Shown: piece by piece, positions 1-16,600 of the stretch | Layout of the letters: every line of letters begins with the position of its first letter | How positions within the stretch are numbered: the first letter of the stretch is position 1 | Assembly: GCF_058153355.1 (NCBI RefSeq) | Contig: NZ_CM177019.1 | Length of the DNA: 64,000 nucleotides | Strand: one strand, 5' to 3' | Notes under the pieces: model-generated | What the model saw: the letters and a program-made list of their open reading frames with translations, nothing else | Told to the model about the DNA's origin: nothing | Database searches by the model: none | Translations under genes and position numbers: made by a program

Positions 1-172
1 GTCGAACGTTTTTCTTGGCGACTGTAAGACCGATACGGGGATGCCCCAGCGAATTCAGGCGGCCGAGAATGGTAATTTGCGGCGTGCCAGCCCGTTGTGG
101 CTGCTGGAAGACGAATGTGAATTGACTGGGAGTTAACAAGCGTAACTCCCTGGGAAATGCGAGCTTAACCAC
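1..172 (-). CDS. rnpA: RNase P protein component, N-terminal part; gene runs off the window start
   Basis: Minus-strand frame from a GTG at 170-172 translates [57 protein letters not shown]; lies directly downstream of rpmH as in the conserved rpmH-rnpA operon. Confidence 0.85.
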   Translation of the reverse strand, partial: MVKLAFPRELRLLTPSQFTFVFQQPQRAGTPQITILGRLNSLGHPRIGLTVAKKNVR

Positions 173-188
173 TCAGGGGTTAGCTTTA

Positions 189-935
<747 letters not shown>

Positions 936-2339
936 GTGTCACTTTCGCTTTGGCAGCAGTGTCTTGCCCGATTGCAGGATGAGTTACCAGCCACAGAATT
1001 CAGTATGTGGATACGCCCATTGCAGGCGGAACTGAGCGATAACACGCTGGCCCTGTACGCGCCAAACCGTTTTGTCCTCGATTGGGTACGGGACAAGTAC
1101 CTTAATAATATCAATGGACTGCTAACCAGTTTCTGCGGAGCGGATGCCCCACAGCTGCGTTTTGAAGTCGGCACCAAACCGGTGACACAAACGCCACAAG
1201 CGGCAGTGACGAGCAACGTCGCGGCCCCAGCACAGGTGGCGCATGCGCAGCCGCAACGTGTTGCGCCTTCTACGCGTTCCGGTTGGGATAACGTCCCGGC
1301 TCCGGCAGAACCGACCTATCGTTCTAACGTAAACGTCAAACACACGTTTGATAACTTCGTTGAAGGTAAATCTAACCAACTGGCGCGCGCGGCGGCTCGT
1401 CAGGTGGCTGATAACCCTGGCGGTGCCTATAACCCGTTGTTCCTTTATGGCGGCACGGGTCTGGGTAAAACTCACCTGCTGCATGCGGTGGGTAACGGCA
1501 TTATGGCGCGTAAGCCGAATGCCAAAGTGGTTTATATGCACTCCGAGCGCTTTGTTCAGGACATGGTTAAAGCCCTGCAAAACAACGCGATCGAAGAGTT
1601 TAAACGCTACTACCGTTCCGTAGATGCACTGCTGATCGACGATATTCAGTTTTTTGCTAATAAAGAACGATCTCAGGAAGAGTTTTTCCACACCTTCAAC
1701 GCCCTGCTGGAAGGTAACCAGCAGATCATTCTCACCTCGGATCGCTATCCGAAAGAGATCAACGGCGTTGAGGATCGTCTGAAATCCCGCTTCGGTTGGG
1801 GACTGACTGTGGCGATCGAACCGCCAGAGTTAGAAACCCGCGTGGCGATCCTGATGAAAAAGGCCGACGAAAACGACATTCGTTTGCCGGGCGAAGTGGC
1901 GTTCTTTATCGCCAAGCGTCTACGCTCTAACGTACGTGAGCTGGAAGGGGCGTTGAACCGCGTCATTGCTAACGCTAACTTTACCGGACGGGCGATCACC
2001 ATCGACTTCGTGCGTGAGGCGCTGCGCGACTTGCTGGCATTGCAGGAAAAACTGGTCACCATCGACAATATTCAGAAGACGGTGGCAGAGTACTACAAGA
2101 TCAAAGTTGCGGATCTCCTTTCCAAGCGTCGATCCCGCTCGGTGGCGCGTCCGCGCCAGATGGCGATGGCGCTGGCGAAAGAGTTGACTAACCACAGTCT
2201 GCCGGAGATTGGCGATGCGTTTGGTGGTCGTGACCACACAACGGTGCTTCATGCTTGCCGGAAGATCGAGCAGTTGCGTGAAGAGAGCCACGATATCAAA
2301 GAAGATTTTTCAAATTTAATCAGAACATTGTCATCGTAA
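936..2339 (+). CDS. dnaA: Chromosomal replication initiator DnaA (GTG start)
   Basis: 467-aa product starting [30 protein letters not shown]; AAA+ Walker [12 protein letters not shown]; the ORF-track start at 924 is an upstream in-frame GTG. Confidence 0.97.
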   Translation: MSLSLWQQCLARLQDELPATEFSMWIRPLQAELSDNTLALYAPNRFVLDWVRDKYLNNINGLLTSFCGADAPQLRFEVGTKPVTQTPQAAVTSNVAAPAQVAHAQPQRVAPSTRSGWDNVPAPAEPTYRSNVNVKHTFDNFVEGKSNQLARAAARQVADNPGGAYNPLFLYGGTGLGKTHLLHAVGNGIMARKPNAKVVYMHSERFVQDMVKALQNNAIEEFKRYYRSVDALLIDDIQFFANKERSQEEFFHTFNALLEGNQQIILTSDRYPKEINGVEDRLKSRFGWGLTVAIEPPELETRVAILMKKADENDIRLPGEVAFFIAKRLRSNVRELEGALNRVIANANFTGRAITIDFVREALRDLLALQEKLVTIDNIQKTVAEYYKIKVADLLSKRRSRSVARPRQMAMALAKELTNHSLPEIGDAFGGRDHTTVLHACRKIEQLREESHDIKEDFSNLIRTLSS

Positions 2340-2343
2340 ACCT

Positions 2344-3443
2344 ATGAAATTTACCGTAGAACGTGAGCATTTATTAAAACCGCTACAACAGGTGAGCGGT
2401 CCGTTAGGTGGTCGTCCTACGCTACCGATTCTCGGTAATCTGCTGTTACAGGTTGCTGACGGTACGTTGTCGCTGACCGGTACCGATCTCGAGATGGAAA
2501 TGGTGGCACGTGTTGCGCTGGTTCAGCCGCACGAACCAGGGGCGACGACCGTTCCGGCGCGCAAATTCTTTGATATCTGCCGTGGTCTGCCTGAAGGCGC
2601 GGAAATTGCCGTGCAACTGGAAGGTGAGCGGATGCTGGTGCGTTCCGGGCGTAGCCGTTTTTCGCTTTCCACCCTGCCAGCAGCAGATTTCCCGAACCTC
2701 GATGACTGGCAGAGCGAAGTCGAATTTACCCTGCCGCAGGCGACGATGAAGCGTCTGATTGAAGCGACTCAGTTTTCGATGGCGCATCAGGATGTTCGCT
2801 ATTACTTAAACGGTATGCTGTTCGAAACCGAAGGTGAAGAACTGCGCACCGTGGCGACCGACGGTCACCGTCTGGCGGTCTGTTCCATGCCAATTGGTCA
2901 GTCTTTGCCAAGCCATTCGGTGATCGTGCCGCGTAAAGGTGTGATTGAACTGATGCGTATGCTCGACGGCGGCGACAATCCGCTGCGCGTGCAAATTGGC
3001 AGCAACAATATACGTGCCCACGTCGGCGACTTTATCTTCACCTCCAAACTGGTGGATGGTCGCTTCCCGGATTACCGCCGTGTTCTGCCGAAGAACCCGG
3101 ACAAACATCTGGAAGCAGGCTGCGATCTGCTCAAGCAGGCGTTTGCCCGTGCGGCGATCCTCTCCAACGAGAAATTCCGCGGCGTGCGTCTGTATGTCAG
3201 CGAAAATCAGCTGAAAATCACCGCCAATAACCCGGAACAGGAAGAAGCGGAAGAGATCCTCGACGTTACCTATAGCGGTGCGGAGATGGAAATTGGCTTC
3301 AACGTCAGCTATGTGCTGGATGTTCTGAACGCGCTGAAATGCGAAAACGTGCGCATGATGCTGACCGATTCGGTTTCCAGTGTGCAGATTGAAGATGCCG
3401 CATCACAGTCGGCTGCCTATGTTGTCATGCCAATGAGACTGTA

Positions 3444-3444
<1 letters not shown>
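2344..3444 (+). CDS. dnaN: DNA polymerase III beta sliding clamp
   Basis: 366-aa [40 protein letters not shown]; conserved position after dnaA. Confidence 0.97.
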
Positions 3445-6960
<3,516 letters not shown>

Positions 6961-6985
6961 TGGCGTTAACAATGCGAGCGTGCAT

Positions 6986-7080
6986 GATGCGCTACGCTTA
7001 TCAGGCCTACGAGACTCCTGCAATATTTTGAATTTGCATGATTTTGTAGGCCGGATCAGACGTTAACGCCGCATTCGGCA
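6986..7080. repeat. Pair of REP palindromes (BIME-like) downstream of gyrB
   Basis: gatgcgctacgcttatcaggcctac (6986-7010) and inverted copy gtaggccggatcagacgttaacgccgcattcggc (7047-7080). Confidence 0.7.
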
Positions 7081-7092
7081 AGAAGCTATAAG

Positions 7093-7126
7093 AAAAGGGC
7101 GGAGATCATCTCCGCCCTTTTTATTT
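7093..7126 (+). terminator. Intrinsic terminator candidate after gyrB
   Basis: GC stem gggcggag / ctccgccc followed by a T-run (ctttttatttc). Confidence 0.65.
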
Positions 7127-7199
7127 CTGCAATCCGCGATTATCATCCCGCAGATCTATACTTTTTGAGTCAACACGTAACGCTTTACAGGTGATTATC

Positions 7200-7598
7200 A
7201 TGGGGCTTTTTGATGAAGTTGTCGGCGCCTTTCTGAAAGGCGATGCGGGGAAATATCAGGCTATTTTGAGTTGGGTTGAGGAGCAGGGTGGCATTCAGGT
7301 GCTGTTGGAAAAACTGCAAAGTGGCGGCTTAGGTGCCATTCTCTCAACCTGGTTGAGTAATCAACAGGGCAATCAGCCGGTGAGCGGCGAGCAACTGGAG
7401 TCGGCGCTCGGCACAAATGCGGTGTCCGATCTCGGGCAAAAACTGGGTGTAGATGCCAGTACGGCTTCCAGCTTGCTGGCAGAGCAACTGCCAAAGATTA
7501 TTGATGCTCTCTCACCGCAGGGTGAAGTGTCTTCGCAAACCAATAACGATCTGCTTTCCGCAGGCATGGAACTGCTGAAAGGGAAACTCTTCCGCTAA
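7200..7598 (+). CDS. yidB: DUF937 family protein YidB
   Basis: 132-aa product from ATG at 7200 (MGLFDEVVGAFLKGDAGKYQ); the ORF-track start at 7191 is an upstream GTG. Confidence 0.85.
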   Translation: MGLFDEVVGAFLKGDAGKYQAILSWVEEQGGIQVLLEKLQSGGLGAILSTWLSNQQGNQPVSGEQLESALGTNAVSDLGQKLGVDASTASSLLAEQLPKIIDALSPQGEVSSQTNNDLLSAGMELLKGKLFR

Positions 7599-7600
7599 GC

Positions 7601-7640
7601 AAAAGGGGAGCATGCAACGCGCGTTGCATCCCCCTTTTCC
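7601..7640. other. Near-perfect 40-bp palindrome / hairpin between yidB and yidA
   Basis: aaaaggggagcatgcaacgc | gcgttgcatcccccttttcc, centred at 7620/7621. Confidence 0.5.
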
Positions 7641-7712
7641 CTCGGGTGTTGTACTGATTTTTGAGCGGAATCGCGTTAGCATGGGTCAGGAACCAATCTA
7701 CCTGGGGAACTC

Positions 7713-8525
7713 ATGGCTATCAAACTCATTGCTATCGATATGGATGGCACCCTTCTGCTGCCCGATCACACCATTTCACCCGCTGTTAAAAACGCGATTG
7801 CCGCAGCTCGCGCCCGTGGCGTGAATGTCGTGCTAACGACGGGTCGCCCTTATGCAGGTGTTCACAACTACCTGAAAGAGCTGCATATGGAACAGCCGGG
7901 CGACTACTGCATTACTTATAACGGCGCGCTGGTACAGAAGGCCGCCGATGGTAGCACCGTGGCGCAAACCGCTCTCAGCTATGACGACTACCGTTTCCTG
8001 GAAAAACTCTCTCGCGAAGTCGGTTCTCATTTCCACGCCCTGGACCGCACCACGCTGTACACCGCCAACCGGGATATCAGCCCTTACACCGTGCATGAGT
8101 CGTTTGTGGCGACGATCCCGCTGGTGTTCTGCGAAGCGGAGAAAATGGACCCCAATACCCAGTTCCTGAAAGTGATGATGATTGATGAACCCGCCATCCT
8201 CGACCAGGCTATCGCGCGTATTCCGCAGGAAGTGAAAGAGAAATATACCGTGCTGAAAAGTGCGCCGTACTTCCTCGAAATCCTCGATAAACGCGTTAAC
8301 AAAGGTACAGGTGTGAAATCACTGGCCGATGTGCTGGGCATTAAGCCGGAAGAAATCATGGCGATTGGCGATCAGGAAAACGACATCGCAATGATTGAAT
8401 ATGCAGGTGTTGGTGTGGCAATGGATAACGCTATTCCTTCGGTGAAAGAAGTGGCGAACTTTGTCACCAAATCCAACCTGGAAGATGGCGTGGCGTTTGC
8501 TATTGAGAAGTATGTGCTGAATTAA
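7713..8525 (+). CDS. yidA: HAD-family (Cof-type) sugar phosphatase YidA
   Basis: 270-aa ORF; HAD motif I in IAIDMDGTLL; C-terminal GDQENDIAM motif. Confidence 0.93.
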   Translation: MAIKLIAIDMDGTLLLPDHTISPAVKNAIAAARARGVNVVLTTGRPYAGVHNYLKELHMEQPGDYCITYNGALVQKAADGSTVAQTALSYDDYRFLEKLSREVGSHFHALDRTTLYTANRDISPYTVHESFVATIPLVFCEAEKMDPNTQFLKVMMIDEPAILDQAIARIPQEVKEKYTVLKSAPYFLEILDKRVNKGTGVKSLADVLGIKPEEIMAIGDQENDIAMIEYAGVGVAMDNAIPSVKEVANFVTKSNLEDGVAFAIEKYVLN

Positions 8526-8534
8526 TCAGTGGGA

Positions 8535-8561
8535 GGGCAAACTGCATAAATGCGTTTGCCC
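8535..8561. terminator. Hairpin between the convergent genes yidA and yidX; possible bidirectional terminator
   Basis: gggcaaac ... gtttgccc stem. Confidence 0.5.
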
Positions 8562-8568
8562 GCAGCGA

Positions 8569-9225
8569 TTAACAATTTCTGGTCGTGCATAAAATCAGGA
8601 ACTGGAGTGGTGACGTTACTATATCCAGCGTAAGAGTGACTGGTAGCAGTGCATTAGCGAGGCCGCGCGGAACGCCATCAGTTGCTTTGTACTTATAAAA
8701 TCCCACCGTAAAGGGTTGATGGAAAACCATCACGTTTGAGTAATCCGCTTTTTTATTTTTCTGGTGGATAGAGCCTTTCAGGCCGTCAAGTGCCCAGGTA
8801 CAACGCTGGGTATTACAAATAAAACCATATTGTGTCGCCAGTGCTTTATCTTCCTCATTATCCCAGTCGTAATAGAGCGTTATTGAACCAGAAAAATTAG
8901 TATCACTGCTGCTTAAAATAAATTTCGCGTTATCGGAAACGGTGATTCTTTCGCCATGAATTGCCGGATCGTTCAGCATTTTAACCACCTCGCCGCCGCC
9001 CGTGGTCAACAGATAGTCCAACGATTCACCAACAAAAACATAGCCTTTCGTACCGTTACTATCCTCTGCCAGCGATAACCCCTTAATCGAGTCTGACCGC
9101 CATTGCTCGGCATGTGGAGGACTTGCGGTATTGGAAACCAACCCCCAAGTGAGACAACCGGTCAACGCAAATGCCAAAGAACACAAACCGGCAGCCTTAA
9201 AAAATCCCTTAAAATTCAACTTTAT
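8569..9225 (-). CDS. yidX: Lipoprotein YidX (218 codons if started at the ATA codon 9223-9225)
   Basis: Signal peptide plus lipobox ([23 protein letters not shown]); AAAGGA Shine-Dalgarno 5 nt upstream; the codon at the expected start is ATA, not ATG; the ORF-track frame stays open up to 9342. Confidence 0.75.
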   Translation of the reverse strand: MKLNFKGFFKAAGLCSLAFALTGCLTWGLVSNTASPPHAEQWRSDSIKGLSLAEDSNGTKGYVFVGESLDYLLTTGGGEVVKMLNDPAIHGERITVSDNAKFILSSSDTNFSGSITLYYDWDNEEDKALATQYGFICNTQRCTWALDGLKGSIHQKNKKADYSNVMVFHQPFTVGFYKYKATDGVPRGLANALLPVTLTLDIVTSPLQFLILCTTRNC

Positions 9226-9359
9226 GACTAATCCTTTAAACGAGTAGCTAAGCCGTTGAAAGCATACTCTTCTTTCCCTCCTGTTTAGCGCCTGATATCC
9301 CTTTTCAGATTTCTGCCCGACGCATGTCATTTTTTTATGCATTGTTCTTTTTGTGATCT

Positions 9360-9440
9360 AAATTGTAGTACAACAATATAACTTTGTACTACATTACGCA
9401 TACAGCAAACGCGAACGTCATCACGCTGGTACTACAAAAT
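9360..9440 (+). promoter_or_regulatory. dgo promoter / DgoR operator region
   Basis: Three copies of TGTA(G/C)TACA (9364-9372, 9386-9394, 9429-9437) immediately upstream of dgoR; consistent with GntR/FadR-type operators. Confidence 0.55.
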
Positions 9441-9502
9441 TGCCGCGTTATGCATCGATCGGGGTAAAGTAGAGAAGTACATACAGAGCACAAGGACTCT
9501 CC

Positions 9503-10192
9503 ATGACTCTCAATAAAACCGATCGCATCGTCATTACGCTGGGCAAACAGATCGTTCACGGCAAATACGTGCCAGGCTCGCCGCTTCCGGCCGAGGCGGA
9601 ACTTTGTGAGGAGTTTGCAACCTCGCGCAACATCATCCGTGAGGTGTTTCGTTCGCTGATGGCGAAGCGGCTGATTGAAATGAAACGTTATCGCGGGGCG
9701 TTTGTGGCACCGCGTAATCAGTGGAATTACCTCGATACTGACGTGCTGCAATGGGTGCTGGAAAACGACTACGACCCACGGCTTATCAGTGCAATGAGCG
9801 AAGTGCGAAATCTGGTGGAACCGGCGATTGCCCGTTGGGCGGCAGAGCGCGCGACTTCCAGCGATCTGGCGCAGATTGAATCAGCGCTGAACGAGATGAT
9901 CGCCAACAATCAGGACCGCGAAGCGTTTAACGAAGCGGATATTCGCTATCACGAGGCGGTACTGCAATCAGTGCATAACCCGGTGTTACAGCAACTTAGC
10001 ATTGCGATTAGTTCATTACAGCGGGCGGTTTTTGAACGAACCTGGATGGGCGATGAGGCCAACATGCCGCAAACGCTCCAGGAACATAAGGCGCTGTTTG
10101 ATGCGATACGGCATCAGGACGGCGATGCGGCAGAGCAGGCGGCGCTTACCATGATCGCCAGCTCGACACGAAGGTTAAAGGAAATCACATGA
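9503..10192 (+). CDS. dgoR: GntR/FadR-family repressor of D-galactonate catabolism
   Basis: 229-aa ORF; first gene of the dgo cluster. Confidence 0.92.
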   Translation: MTLNKTDRIVITLGKQIVHGKYVPGSPLPAEAELCEEFATSRNIIREVFRSLMAKRLIEMKRYRGAFVAPRNQWNYLDTDVLQWVLENDYDPRLISAMSEVRNLVEPAIARWAAERATSSDLAQIESALNEMIANNQDREAFNEADIRYHEAVLQSVHNPVLQQLSIAISSLQRAVFERTWMGDEANMPQTLQEHKALFDAIRHQDGDAAEQAALTMIASSTRRLKEIT

Positions 10193-11067
10193 CAGCTCGC
10201 TACATCGCAATTGACTGGGGATCGACCAATCTGCGCGCCTGGCTTTATCAGGGCGACCACTGCCTGGACAGCAGGCAATCAGAAGCAGGCGTTACGCGTC
10301 TGAACGGAAAATCTCCGGCTGCGGTGTTAGCAGAAGTGACGACCGACTGGTGTGAAGAGAATACGCCAGTGGTGATGGCAGGAATGGTTGGCAGCAATGT
10401 CGGCTGGAAAGTTGCGCCGTATTTATCTGTTCCTGCCCGTTTTTCGTCTATTGGCGAACAATTAACGTCTGTTGGCGACAATATCTGGATTATTCCCGGA
10501 TTATGCGTTTCTCATGATGATAACCACAATGTGATGCGCGGCGAAGAAACACAATTGATCGGCGCGCGTGCTTTGGCTCCTTCCTCTCTTTATGTCATGC
10601 CCGGTACGCATTGCAAATGGGTGCAGGCCGATAGCCAGCAAATCAACGATTTTCGCACCGTGATGACCGGTGAATTACATCATTTACTGTTAAATCATTC
10701 ATTGATTGGCGCAGGTTTACCACCGCAGGAAAACTCTGCCGATGCCTTCGCGGCTGGCCTTGAGCGTGGTCTCAATGCGCCCGCCATATTGCCGCAGCTT
10801 TTTGAAGTTCGTGCCTCGCATGTGCTGGGAACACTTCCCCGTGAACAGGTCAGCGAATTTCTCTCTGGTTTGTTGATTGGCGCAGAGGTCGCCAGTATGC
10901 GCGACTACGTGGTCCATCAACACGCCATCACCCTTGTCGCCGGAACATCGCTGACTGCACGCTACCAGCAAGCCTTTCAGGCGATGGGTTGCGACGTGAC
11001 GGCGGTGGCGGGCGACACGGCATTTCAGGCTGGTATAAGGAGCATCGCTCATGCAGTGGCAAACTAA
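10189..11067 (+). CDS. dgoK: 2-dehydro-3-deoxygalactonokinase
   Basis: 292-aa ORF; start overlaps the dgoR stop. Confidence 0.92.
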   Translation: MTARYIAIDWGSTNLRAWLYQGDHCLDSRQSEAGVTRLNGKSPAAVLAEVTTDWCEENTPVVMAGMVGSNVGWKVAPYLSVPARFSSIGEQLTSVGDNIWIIPGLCVSHDDNHNVMRGEETQLIGARALAPSSLYVMPGTHCKWVQADSQQINDFRTVMTGELHHLLLNHSLIGAGLPPQENSADAFAAGLERGLNAPAILPQLFEVRASHVLGTLPREQVSEFLSGLLIGAEVASMRDYVVHQHAITLVAGTSLTARYQQAFQAMGCDVTAVAGDTAFQAGIRSIAHAVAN

Positions 11068-11668
11068 ACTCCCGCTGATCGCCATTTTGCGCGGTATTAC
11101 GCCCGACGAGGCGCTGGCGCATGTTGGCGCGGTGATTGACGCTGGGTTCGACGCGGTTGAAATCCCTCTGAATTCCCCACAATGGGAACAAAGCATTCCC
11201 GCCATCGTTGATGCGTATGGCGACAAGGCGTTGATTGGCGCAGGTACGGTACTGAAACCTGAACAGGTCGATGCGCTCGCCAGGATGGGCTGTCAGCTCA
11301 TCGTTACGCCCAATATCCATAGTGAAGTGATCCGCCGCGCGGTGGGCTATGGCATGACCGTTTGCCCCGGCTGCGCGACGGCGACAGAAGCCTTTACCGC
11401 GATCGACGCGGGCGCTCAGGCGCTGAAAATATTCCCGTCATCGGCTTTTGGGCCGCAATACATCAAAGCGTTAAAAGCGGTATTACCGCAGGACATCCCG
11501 GTCTTTGCCGTAGGCGGTGTGACGCCAGAAAACCTGGCGCAGTGGATAGACGCAGGTTGTGCAGGGGCGGGCTTAGGCAGCGATCTCTATCGCGCCGGGC
11601 AGTCCGTAGAACGCACCGCGCAGCAGGCAGCAGCATTTGTTAAGGCGTATCGAGAGGCAGTGCAATGA
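11051..11668 (+). CDS. dgoA: 2-dehydro-3-deoxy-6-phosphogalactonate aldolase
   Basis: 205-aa ORF in conserved dgo gene order. Confidence 0.92.
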   Translation: MQWQTKLPLIAILRGITPDEALAHVGAVIDAGFDAVEIPLNSPQWEQSIPAIVDAYGDKALIGAGTVLKPEQVDALARMGCQLIVTPNIHSEVIRRAVGYGMTVCPGCATATEAFTAIDAGAQALKIFPSSAFGPQYIKALKAVLPQDIPVFAVGGVTPENLAQWIDAGCAGAGLGSDLYRAGQSVERTAQQAAAFVKAYREAVQ

Positions 11669-12702
11669 AAATCACCAACATTACTACGTATCGTTTACCT
11701 CCCCGCTGGATGTTCCTGAAAATTGAAACTGATGAAGGCGTGGTCGGTTGGGGCGAGCCCGTGATCGAAGGCCGCGCTCGTACGGTGGAAGCGGCAGTTC
11801 ACGAGCTGAGTGACTATTTGATTGGTCAGGATCCATCGCGCATCAATGACTTATGGCAAGTGATGTATCGCGCCGGATTTTATCGTGGCGGTCCGATTCT
11901 GATGAGCGCCATCGCCGGGATCGACCAGGCGTTATGGGATATCAAAGGTAAAGTGCTGAATGCGCCGGTCTGGCAACTGATGGGCGGCCTGGTTCGCGAC
12001 AAAATTAAAGCCTACAGTTGGGTCGGCGGCGATCGTCCGGCGGATGTTATCGACGGCATTAAAACGCTACGCGAAATCGGCTTCGATACCTTCAAACTGA
12101 ACGGTTGTGAAGAACTGGGATTGATTGATAACTCCCGCGCGGTAGATGCGGCGGTCAACACCGTGGCACAAATTCGTGAAGCTTTTGGCAATCAGATTGA
12201 GTTTGGTCTTGATTTCCACGGTCGCGTCAGCGCGCCGATGGCGAAAGTGCTGATTAAAGAACTGGAACCGTATCGCCCTCTGTTTATTGAAGAGCCGGTG
12301 CTGGCGGAACAAGCCGAATACTACCCGAAACTGGCAGCACAAACTCACATCCCACTGGCGGCGGGTGAGCGCATGTTCTCACGTTTCGATTTTAAACGTG
12401 TGCTGGAAGCTGGCGGTATTTCGATTCTGCAACCCGATCTTTCTCACGCAGGTGGTATTACCGAATGCTACAAAATTGCCGGAATGGCGGAAGCCTATGA
12501 CGTGACCCTTGCGCCGCACTGTCCGCTCGGCCCGATTGCACTGGCGGCTTGCCTGCATATCGACTTTGTTTCCTATAACGCGGTACTTCAGGAACAAAGT
12601 ATGGGCATTCATTACAACAAAGGCGCGGAGTTACTCGACTTTGTGAAAAATAAAGAAGACTTCAGCATGGTCGGTAATGCCGATCAGTTAAGGATCAGTT
12701 GA
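11665..12702 (+). pseudogene. dgoD: D-galactonate dehydratase, truncated by IS4 after about codon 336; the last 8 codons and the stop are read from IS4 sequence
   Basis: Enolase-superfamily N-terminus ([32 protein letters not shown]); reading frame runs into the IS4 left inverted repeat at 12675 and ends NADQLRIS*; full-length DgoD is about 382 aa as I recall. Confidence 0.88.
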
Positions 12703-14100
12703 CCGATCCAGTGGCTGTGTAAGAATCCGGAAACGCTCACTTGTTTCCGGATTTTTTTATGCACATTGGACAGGCTCTTGATCTGGTATCCCGTTACGAT
12801 TCTCTGCGTAACCCACTGACTTCTCTGGGGGATTACCTCGACCCCGAACTCATCTCTCGTTGCCTTGCCGAATCAGGTACTGTAACGCTACGCAAGCGCC
12901 GTCTTCCCCTCGAAATGATGGTCTGGTGTATTGTTGGCATGGCGCTTGAGCGTAAAGAACCTCTTCACCAGATTGTGAATCGCCTGGACATCATGCTGCC
13001 GGGCAATCGCCCCTTCGTTGCCCCCAGTGCCGTTATTCAGGCCCGCCAGCGCCTGGGAAGTGAGGCTGTCCGCCGCGTGTTCACGAAAACAGCGCAGCTC
13101 TGGCATAACGCCACGCCGCATCCGCACTGGTGCGGCCTGACCCTGCTGGCCATCGATGGTGTGTTCTGGCGCACACCGGATACACCAGAGAACGATGCAG
13201 CCTTCCCCCGCCAGACACATGCCGGGAACCCGGCGCTCTACCCGCAGGTCAAAATGGTCTGCCAGATGGAACTGACCAGCCATCTGCTGACGGCTGCAGC
13301 CTTCGGCACGATGAAGAACAGCGAAAATGAGCTTGCTGAGCAACTTATAGAACAAACCGGCGATAACACTCTGACGTTAATGGATAAAGGTTATTACTCA
13401 CTGGGACTGTTAAATGCCTGGAGCCTGGCGGGAGAACACCGCCACTGGATGATACCTCTCAGAAAGGGAGCGCAATATGAAGAGATCAGAAAACTGGGTA
13501 AAGGCGATCATCTGGTGAAGCTGAAAACCAGCCCGCAGGCACGAAAAAAGTGGCCGGGACTGGGAAATGAAGTGACAGCCCGCCTGCTGACCGTGACGCG
13601 CAAAGGAAAAGTCTGCCATCTGCTGACGTCGATGACGGACGCCATGCGCTTCCCCGGAGGAGAAATGGCGGATCTGTACAGTCATCGCTGGGAAATCGAA
13701 CTGGGATACAGGGAGATAAAACAGACGATGCAACTGAGCAGGCTGACGCTGAGAAGTAAAAAGCCGGAGCTTGTGGAGCAAGAGCTGTGGGGTGTCTTAC
13801 TGGCTTATAATCTGGTGAGATATCAGATGATTAAAATGGCGGAACATCTGAAAGGTTACTGGCCGAATCAACTGAGTTTCTCAGAATCATGCGGAATGGT
13901 GATGAGAATGCTGATGACATTGCAGGGCGCTTCACCGGGACGTATACCGGAGCTGATGCGCGATCTTGCAAGTATGGGACAACTTGTGAAATTACCGACA
14001 AGAAGGGAAAGGGCCTTCCCGAGAGTGGTAAAGGAGAGGCCCTGGAAATACCCCACAGCCCCGAAAAAGAGCCAGTCAGTTGCTTAACTGACTGGCATTA
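12675..14100 (+). mobile_element. IS4, complete (1426 bp) with imperfect 18-bp terminal inverted repeats
   Basis: Left IR taatgccgatcagttaag (12675-12692); right IR cttaactgactggcatta (14083-14100); flanks tcagcatggtcgg and gaccgatttggcc do not form a direct repeat. Confidence 0.93.
12759..14087 (+). CDS. insG: IS4 transposase (DDE)
   Basis: 442-aa product from ATG at 12759 ([31 protein letters not shown]...); the ORF-track start at 12741 is an upstream TTG. Confidence 0.93.
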   Translation: MHIGQALDLVSRYDSLRNPLTSLGDYLDPELISRCLAESGTVTLRKRRLPLEMMVWCIVGMALERKEPLHQIVNRLDIMLPGNRPFVAPSAVIQARQRLGSEAVRRVFTKTAQLWHNATPHPHWCGLTLLAIDGVFWRTPDTPENDAAFPRQTHAGNPALYPQVKMVCQMELTSHLLTAAAFGTMKNSENELAEQLIEQTGDNTLTLMDKGYYSLGLLNAWSLAGEHRHWMIPLRKGAQYEEIRKLGKGDHLVKLKTSPQARKKWPGLGNEVTARLLTVTRKGKVCHLLTSMTDAMRFPGGEMADLYSHRWEIELGYREIKQTMQLSRLTLRSKKPELVEQELWGVLLAYNLVRYQMIKMAEHLKGYWPNQLSFSESCGMVMRMLMTLQGASPGRIPELMRDLASMGQLVKLPTRRERAFPRVVKERPWKYPTAPKKSQSVA

Positions 14101-14134
14101 GACCGATTTGGCCCCGTTCTATTTTTTAGTGAAC

Positions 14135-16600
<2,466 letters not shown>

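Noticed and set aside
12888-13355. 155-aa ORF antisense inside IS4 (and a 123-aa one at 13410-13781)
   Set aside because: Both lie within the IS4 transposase gene on the opposite strand; no independent support.
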